Shown: piece by piece, positions 59,831 through 64,000 of the stretch
Layout: every line of letters starts with the position of its first letter
How positions within the stretch are numbered: the first letter of the stretch is position 1
Source: a virus
Length of the DNA: 64,000 bases
Virus record (IMG/VR): IMGVR_UViG_3300006037_000005
Coordinates: 1-64,000 of that record
Strand: one strand, 5' to 3'
Made by a program: the position numbers and the translations under genes
Notes under the pieces: model-generated
Database searches by the model: none
Told to the model about the DNA's origin: nothing
What the model saw: only the letters and a program-made list of their open reading frames with translations

Positions 59831-60187
59831 CTAATATTTTTTTAATTCTAATATTTCTTTTGATATTGTTTTAAAAATTATTTTTGATAAAGACAAGAGG
59901 TGAGATCCCTTATTTTTATTATAAATAGATCTTTTTCTCTTTGAAAATTCCTTCATAAAATTCAATACATCACACTGACTCTTATTTTTTAGATAGTTAG
60001 CTTTAAACTCCAAAAAATCATAATGTAATAATATTGCTTTATAGAAGGATAATTGTGGTTTTTCTAAATTTAGAACAAATTCATCAAATTTTATTGAAAA
60101 TTCTTCATCTACCAAATCTTTATACTTGGTGTGAAGAATTTTCAAATAATCATAATTCAAAGTTTTATATATACGTGTTGTTGACAT
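59831..60187 (-). CDS. Hypothetical protein
   Basis: 118-aa ORF. Confidence 0.5.
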   Translation of the reverse strand: MSTTRIYKTLNYDYLKILHTKYKDLVDEEFSIKFDEFVLNLEKPQLSFYKAILLHYDFLEFKANYLKNKSQCDVLNFMKEFSKRKRSIYNKNKGSHLLSLSKIIFKTISKEILELKKY

Positions 60188-60209
60188 TAAAAAATTTATA
60201 TCTAGAATC

Positions 60210-62606
60210 TTACAAAGTTTCTATATTGATATCTGAGAAATTGCCGTCGTTTGTTACCGAAAGTTTGTAATCGAAATGGTGGCTTGGTATTTCTGAGTGG
60301 TTACAGATAAAAGTATGCATTTTAAGTTCATCACAACATATCTGTTTTATTGTTCCTATAATGTGATCTCTTGATTCGACATCTATAGAAGATAAAACTT
60401 CATCCAAAAATATGACATTGATATCATTATATTTGGATTTTATGGTTTTTATGATTGATATTAAAGTACAGATGTCCATTTTGGCTCTTGTACCATCAGA
60501 AAAACTATCAAAATCAACTGTTATACCATTTCTATAAAATGTTGGTTTGAATTCCGCATTGAATGCTATATTGCCATTGACATCAAATTTCGGTAGATTT
60601 CTAGATACTTCATTGTTTATGGCTGGTATAATTTGTTGTAATATAAACGCTTTTATACCAGAATCAGAAACAATATCCAATAAAATTGAATCTTCGTATT
60701 TTTCAATCAATAATTTGTTTATAGCCTCTTTTTTGGTTGAAATATTGAGTTCTTGGACACTTGAGATTTTTGTCAAATCTTCTACTGCTTTATTTATATC
60801 TGAAATGTCTTCTAAAACAGATATCTTTGAATTCAGATGTGTGATTTCTTTTTGATAAAGATTTTGGGTTGCTAAAGAGGATTCCAGAGTTTGATTTATA
60901 TATTTCAGAGAATTTTGTATATCTATCAATTTCAAGGGATCAACATCTGATTCCAAATTTTTATCCTTTGTTTTATCAGAAAGTATGGATTTCTTTGAAA
61001 CCATACTTGATAATTCAGATCTTTTAATGGTTATTGTTTTTGAAATAGATTCAGAAGCATTTTTTATCTCTGATATATTCGTTTTGATATCAGATTCCAA
61101 AATCTGTTCTGGTAAGGAGGATTTTGATTTTTGGATCAGAATTTCTGTTTGGGAGAAATCAAAATCAGTTGTTGTACCAAGATTGTTGTAGAAATCAAGG
61201 AGATTAGTAGAAATTTCTTCGAAATCAGTTATAGTATCAAGCAAATTTTTGATATCTGAAATCTTGCCTCTCATGTCACGAAGTTTCTCTGAATTCTGTG
61301 ATGATATAAGATATGAATTCTCCTTATCTTTTATCTTGGCTTCCATAAAGTAGTTAACATAAACCAATTTGTCTTCATCTTCTTTTATTGAAAGTTCAAG
61401 ATTTTCTAAATAAGATGTATTTAAACCCGAATGTAAATCCGAATTACAAGTTGGGCATTTATCATTTTTTTCATAAACCTCTTTATATTTCTTGTTTGAA
61501 AATAAACGATTTTTTATGTCAGAGACAGTAGCTAAATTGTTCGCAATGTCTGTATTATAATCTTCAACAAGTTTCGAATGAATTTCAATATTTGATTTTA
61601 TTGCACCGATCGTATTCTGAATAAATTTAGAATAAGCTACAATTTGTTCAAATTTATCAAGTTTAGCTTTAAGAATTTTATTTGATTCGGCAGAAATGAG
61701 TTCCTGATACAACAATTCAATATCTGCCGTATTTTTATTTACAATAGATTCATTTAACTGAATATCTCTTTCAATATTGTGAATCAATTGGTCTATATCA
61801 GAAAGTTCTTTCTTATTAAGAAATAACTCTATATCAAGCAAATCATTTGATAATTTTAAACGATCAGCTTCTTTTGAAAGTGCTTCAGATTTTAAATTCT
61901 CTAATTCCAGACTATATTTATCCACATATGCTTTACATTCAGAGATCTCTAAATTTCTCTTAGAAAGCATATCGGTTCTGATCTCCTCAATTTTTGCTTT
62001 ATTGGATTCAACACTATGCTCTAGACCAGATATTTCATCATTCAATATATCAATATTGTCTGATTTCTCTTTATAAGATAGCTTAATTTTAGTAAGCATC
62101 AAATTCAAAACATAGAAATTGAAAAGTCTATCTCTAATTTGTCTTGCATCCTCTGGCTTCATAGACAAGAAAGATTTGAAAGATCTTATATTTAGAGATA
62201 TTGTGTTTCTGAATATGTGGATAGGTATGTCTGAAACTTGATTTTTGATGAAATCCTTTAATGAATCAAGAGAACCCAGATCTTCAGCCTCTTGGGAATC
62301 ATTTTTATATAATTTTATGAAATCTGGAGAATAACCCATATGGATTCTCCATTTCGTATTGTTGGATACGATCTGGATATCAATTTCAGCACCTTTCTTG
62401 TTGATTTCGTTTACAATCTGTTTTTTTGTTTTACCACCAAGATCAAAATATAATACTATTTTTAAAATATCAAGTATGGTGGTTTTACCAGTTCCGTTTC
62501 TTCCTTTTAGTAGCCATAGACCAGTTGGTAATGCTTTGAAGTCTATCTCTTGCCATTTGTCACCATAGATTTTAATATTCTTGAATCTTAAACTCTCAAT
62601 TACCAT
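60210..62606 (-). CDS. SbcC/Rad50-like recombination ATPase (gp46-like)
   Basis: GRNGTGKT Walker A, long coiled coil with CPTC zinc hook, FSDG signature, IFLDE Walker B, ICNH. Confidence 0.93.
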   Translation of the reverse strand: MVIESLRFKNIKIYGDKWQEIDFKALPTGLWLLKGRNGTGKTTILDILKIVLYFDLGGKTKKQIVNEINKKGAEIDIQIVSNNTKWRIHMGYSPDFIKLYKNDSQEAEDLGSLDSLKDFIKNQVSDIPIHIFRNTISLNIRSFKSFLSMKPEDARQIRDRLFNFYVLNLMLTKIKLSYKEKSDNIDILNDEISGLEHSVESNKAKIEEIRTDMLSKRNLEISECKAYVDKYSLELENLKSEALSKEADRLKLSNDLLDIELFLNKKELSDIDQLIHNIERDIQLNESIVNKNTADIELLYQELISAESNKILKAKLDKFEQIVAYSKFIQNTIGAIKSNIEIHSKLVEDYNTDIANNLATVSDIKNRLFSNKKYKEVYEKNDKCPTCNSDLHSGLNTSYLENLELSIKEDEDKLVYVNYFMEAKIKDKENSYLISSQNSEKLRDMRGKISDIKNLLDTITDFEEISTNLLDFYNNLGTTTDFDFSQTEILIQKSKSSLPEQILESDIKTNISEIKNASESISKTITIKRSELSSMVSKKSILSDKTKDKNLESDVDPLKLIDIQNSLKYINQTLESSLATQNLYQKEITHLNSKISVLEDISDINKAVEDLTKISSVQELNISTKKEAINKLLIEKYEDSILLDIVSDSGIKAFILQQIIPAINNEVSRNLPKFDVNGNIAFNAEFKPTFYRNGITVDFDSFSDGTRAKMDICTLISIIKTIKSKYNDINVIFLDEVLSSIDVESRDHIIGTIKQICCDELKMHTFICNHSEIPSHHFDYKLSVTNDGNFSDINIETL

Positions 62607-62980
62607 CTGATTTTCTTTTGTATATTCCTTGGTTTTTCTGTGTTTGATTTGGATATAAGTTCCACTTTATCATACAATCTTGTTGCACAGATTTGTTGGA
62701 AATCTTTGAATATCTTATCTTTAAAATCACTAAAAATATCAAAATAAGAACAGAAACCATAACCATAAATTTCACCCACCTGATTAAAAATATAAACTGC
62801 CACATTATTATCTCTCAATTTAACAAAAACAAATAGGTGAAAATTGGCAAAAAGTACTCCTTGCTCATAGAAAATCTCGTCAAGGATTTTATGTTGTTCT
62901 ATAGAATGTATCTCTCCCATGTTGGTGATGATATCAAGATTGTAATGAAGTCGTGACTTTTTCTGCAATCTTATCTGCAA
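62600..62980 (-). CDS. Hypothetical protein (start uncertain)
   Basis: 126-aa ORF between gp46-like and gp47-like genes. Confidence 0.5.
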   Translation of the reverse strand: MQIRLQKKSRLHYNLDIITNMGEIHSIEQHKILDEIFYEQGVLFANFHLFVFVKLRDNNVAVYIFNQVGEIYGYGFCSYFDIFSDFKDKIFKDFQQICATRLYDKVELISKSNTEKPRNIQKKIRW

Positions 62981-63260
62981 ATTCTTCTATTTTCTTACCA
63001 ATTTTTTCAGAAACCATTTTCTCGATCTTATTTTGGGTTTCAAAACTAAATACTGCTTTGTTTACAATCTTGGCAAGTTCTAATTTGGTTGCTTCACGAA
63101 CAGATTGAACGAAATTATCACCCTCACACAAATCATTTAAGGCAAGTTCAATCCCTTTACCAATTTGTTCCTCAATAGTTCCGTGATGTAATTGAACCTC
63201 CTGGATAAATTTTTGTGCGTTGATTCCTAACTCTAGTCTAATTGTTGCTAATTCTCCCAT
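62934..63260 (-). CDS. Hypothetical protein
   Basis: 108-aa helical ORF. Confidence 0.65.
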   Translation of the reverse strand: MGELATIRLELGINAQKFIQEVQLHHGTIEEQIGKGIELALNDLCEGDNFVQSVREATKLELAKIVNKAVFSFETQNKIEKMVSEKIGKKIEEFADKIAEKVTTSLQS

Positions 63261-63262
63261 CT

Positions 63263-64000
63263 CTATAAGTTAATCTCATTTTGTTTAAGTTCCATTTTGC
63301 ATTCATCATACAAAATTTTTAACCTATCAATAATTTTTGGTTTCAAATCGTTCTCTATCAAAGATTGGTTTACATATGCTGGTATTGTAAATTCTACATC
63401 GACATTTGAATTGAATTCTATATCCTTGTTGGAAATTGTGATTTCTTGTGTTTCTGTATCAATTCTAACAAATTCAAGTTTGATGTATCCAACAAGAAGT
63501 TCCTTTATTAGATTCAAATTGAATTTTTCAAAAATATAACCCTCAACATAAATTTGAACAAAAGAATTTCTGACGTATTCATTAGCTTTTTCTTGATTGA
63601 ATTCTATAAATTCTTTCAATTTTATCTGTTTGAAATCGAAAGAATAAGGGTTTCTAAAAAACGTTTCAGATTCATCGGCAAAATCTAAAAGAACAATACC
63701 TCTATCCTCTGTATTAGCATCGGTGAAATTGAGTTTATTATATGCACCAACAAATCTTATATTGGCTTTTTCTTGTGGATTATGAATATGACCAGATAAA
63801 ACCCTTTTGAATTTTTTAAAATCTTCTATATCGTTGGCTTTCTTTTTTGTATTGGGTATATGTTTTGGATTGTACTGGCCATTGTACCAGAATCCATACA
63901 TAAAAGTATGACAAAACAAAAAAGAATCTTCTTTGAATTTATCAATAACAGAAATTTCAAGTTCTGCAGAATGATTCCAAGGCATCAAAGATAATGTTTG
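63263..64000 (-). CDS. SbcD/Mre11-like nuclease (gp47-like), 5'-truncated by window edge
   Basis: PW, FCH, VLSGHIH, FVGA..LNFTD metallophosphoesterase motifs; upstream of the gp46-like gene. Confidence 0.88.
   Translation of the reverse strand, partial: QTLSLMPWNHSAELEISVIDKFKEDSFLFCHTFMYGFWYNGQYNPKHIPNTKKKANDIEDFKKFKRVLSGHIHNPQEKANIRFVGAYNKLNFTDANTEDRGIVLLDFADESETFFRNPYSFDFKQIKLKEFIEFNQEKANEYVRNSFVQIYVEGYIFEKFNLNLIKELLVGYIKLEFVRIDTETQEITISNKDIEFNSNVDVEFTIPAYVNQSLIENDLKPKIIDRLKILYDECKMELKQNEINL

Noticed and set aside
21158-63539. Numerous plus-strand ORFs of 60-180 aa in the accessory region
   Set aside because: They are antisense shadows of better minus-strand genes, with S/F/L/I-rich composition and no motifs.
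1-64000. Alternative genetic code (stop-codon reassignment)
   Set aside because: Long core genes are intact in the standard code and TAA, TAG and TGA all end genes; in-frame stops are isolated.

Overview
This is a 64-kb segment of a large, very AT-rich, T4-like tailed myophage genome. A Bacteroidota host is inferred from the A-rich, Shine-Dalgarno-less translation starts and the accessory gene families. The first 21 kb hold virion and replication genes: a modular head-type polyprotein running off the left edge, large terminase, tail sheath and tube, GH19 endolysin, RuvC-like resolvase, RNase H/5'-3' exonuclease, clamp loader, prohead protease fused to scaffold, major capsid protein and a secreted nuclease. 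From 21 to 64 kb there is an almost entirely minus-strand accessory region of small genes. It includes nucleotide-metabolism enzymes (Gmk, ThyX, adenosine deaminase, HD hydrolases), a kinase, AAA/ABC ATPases, gp46/gp47-like recombination nucleases, two tRNAs and a cluster of unusual structured RNAs. Main findings: (1) five near-consensus sigma-54 (-24/-12) promoters, each with upstream TGACA/TGTCA boxes and a shared leader; (2) a polyprotein whose modules are flanked by exact DNA direct repeats encoding predicted prohead-protease cleavage sites; (3) a 120-nt tRNA-like RNA with an oversized anticodon arm next to a duplicated, covarying three-way-junction RNA. No integrase, transposase or CRISPR array was seen. 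All calls come from reading motifs by eye, without database searches.
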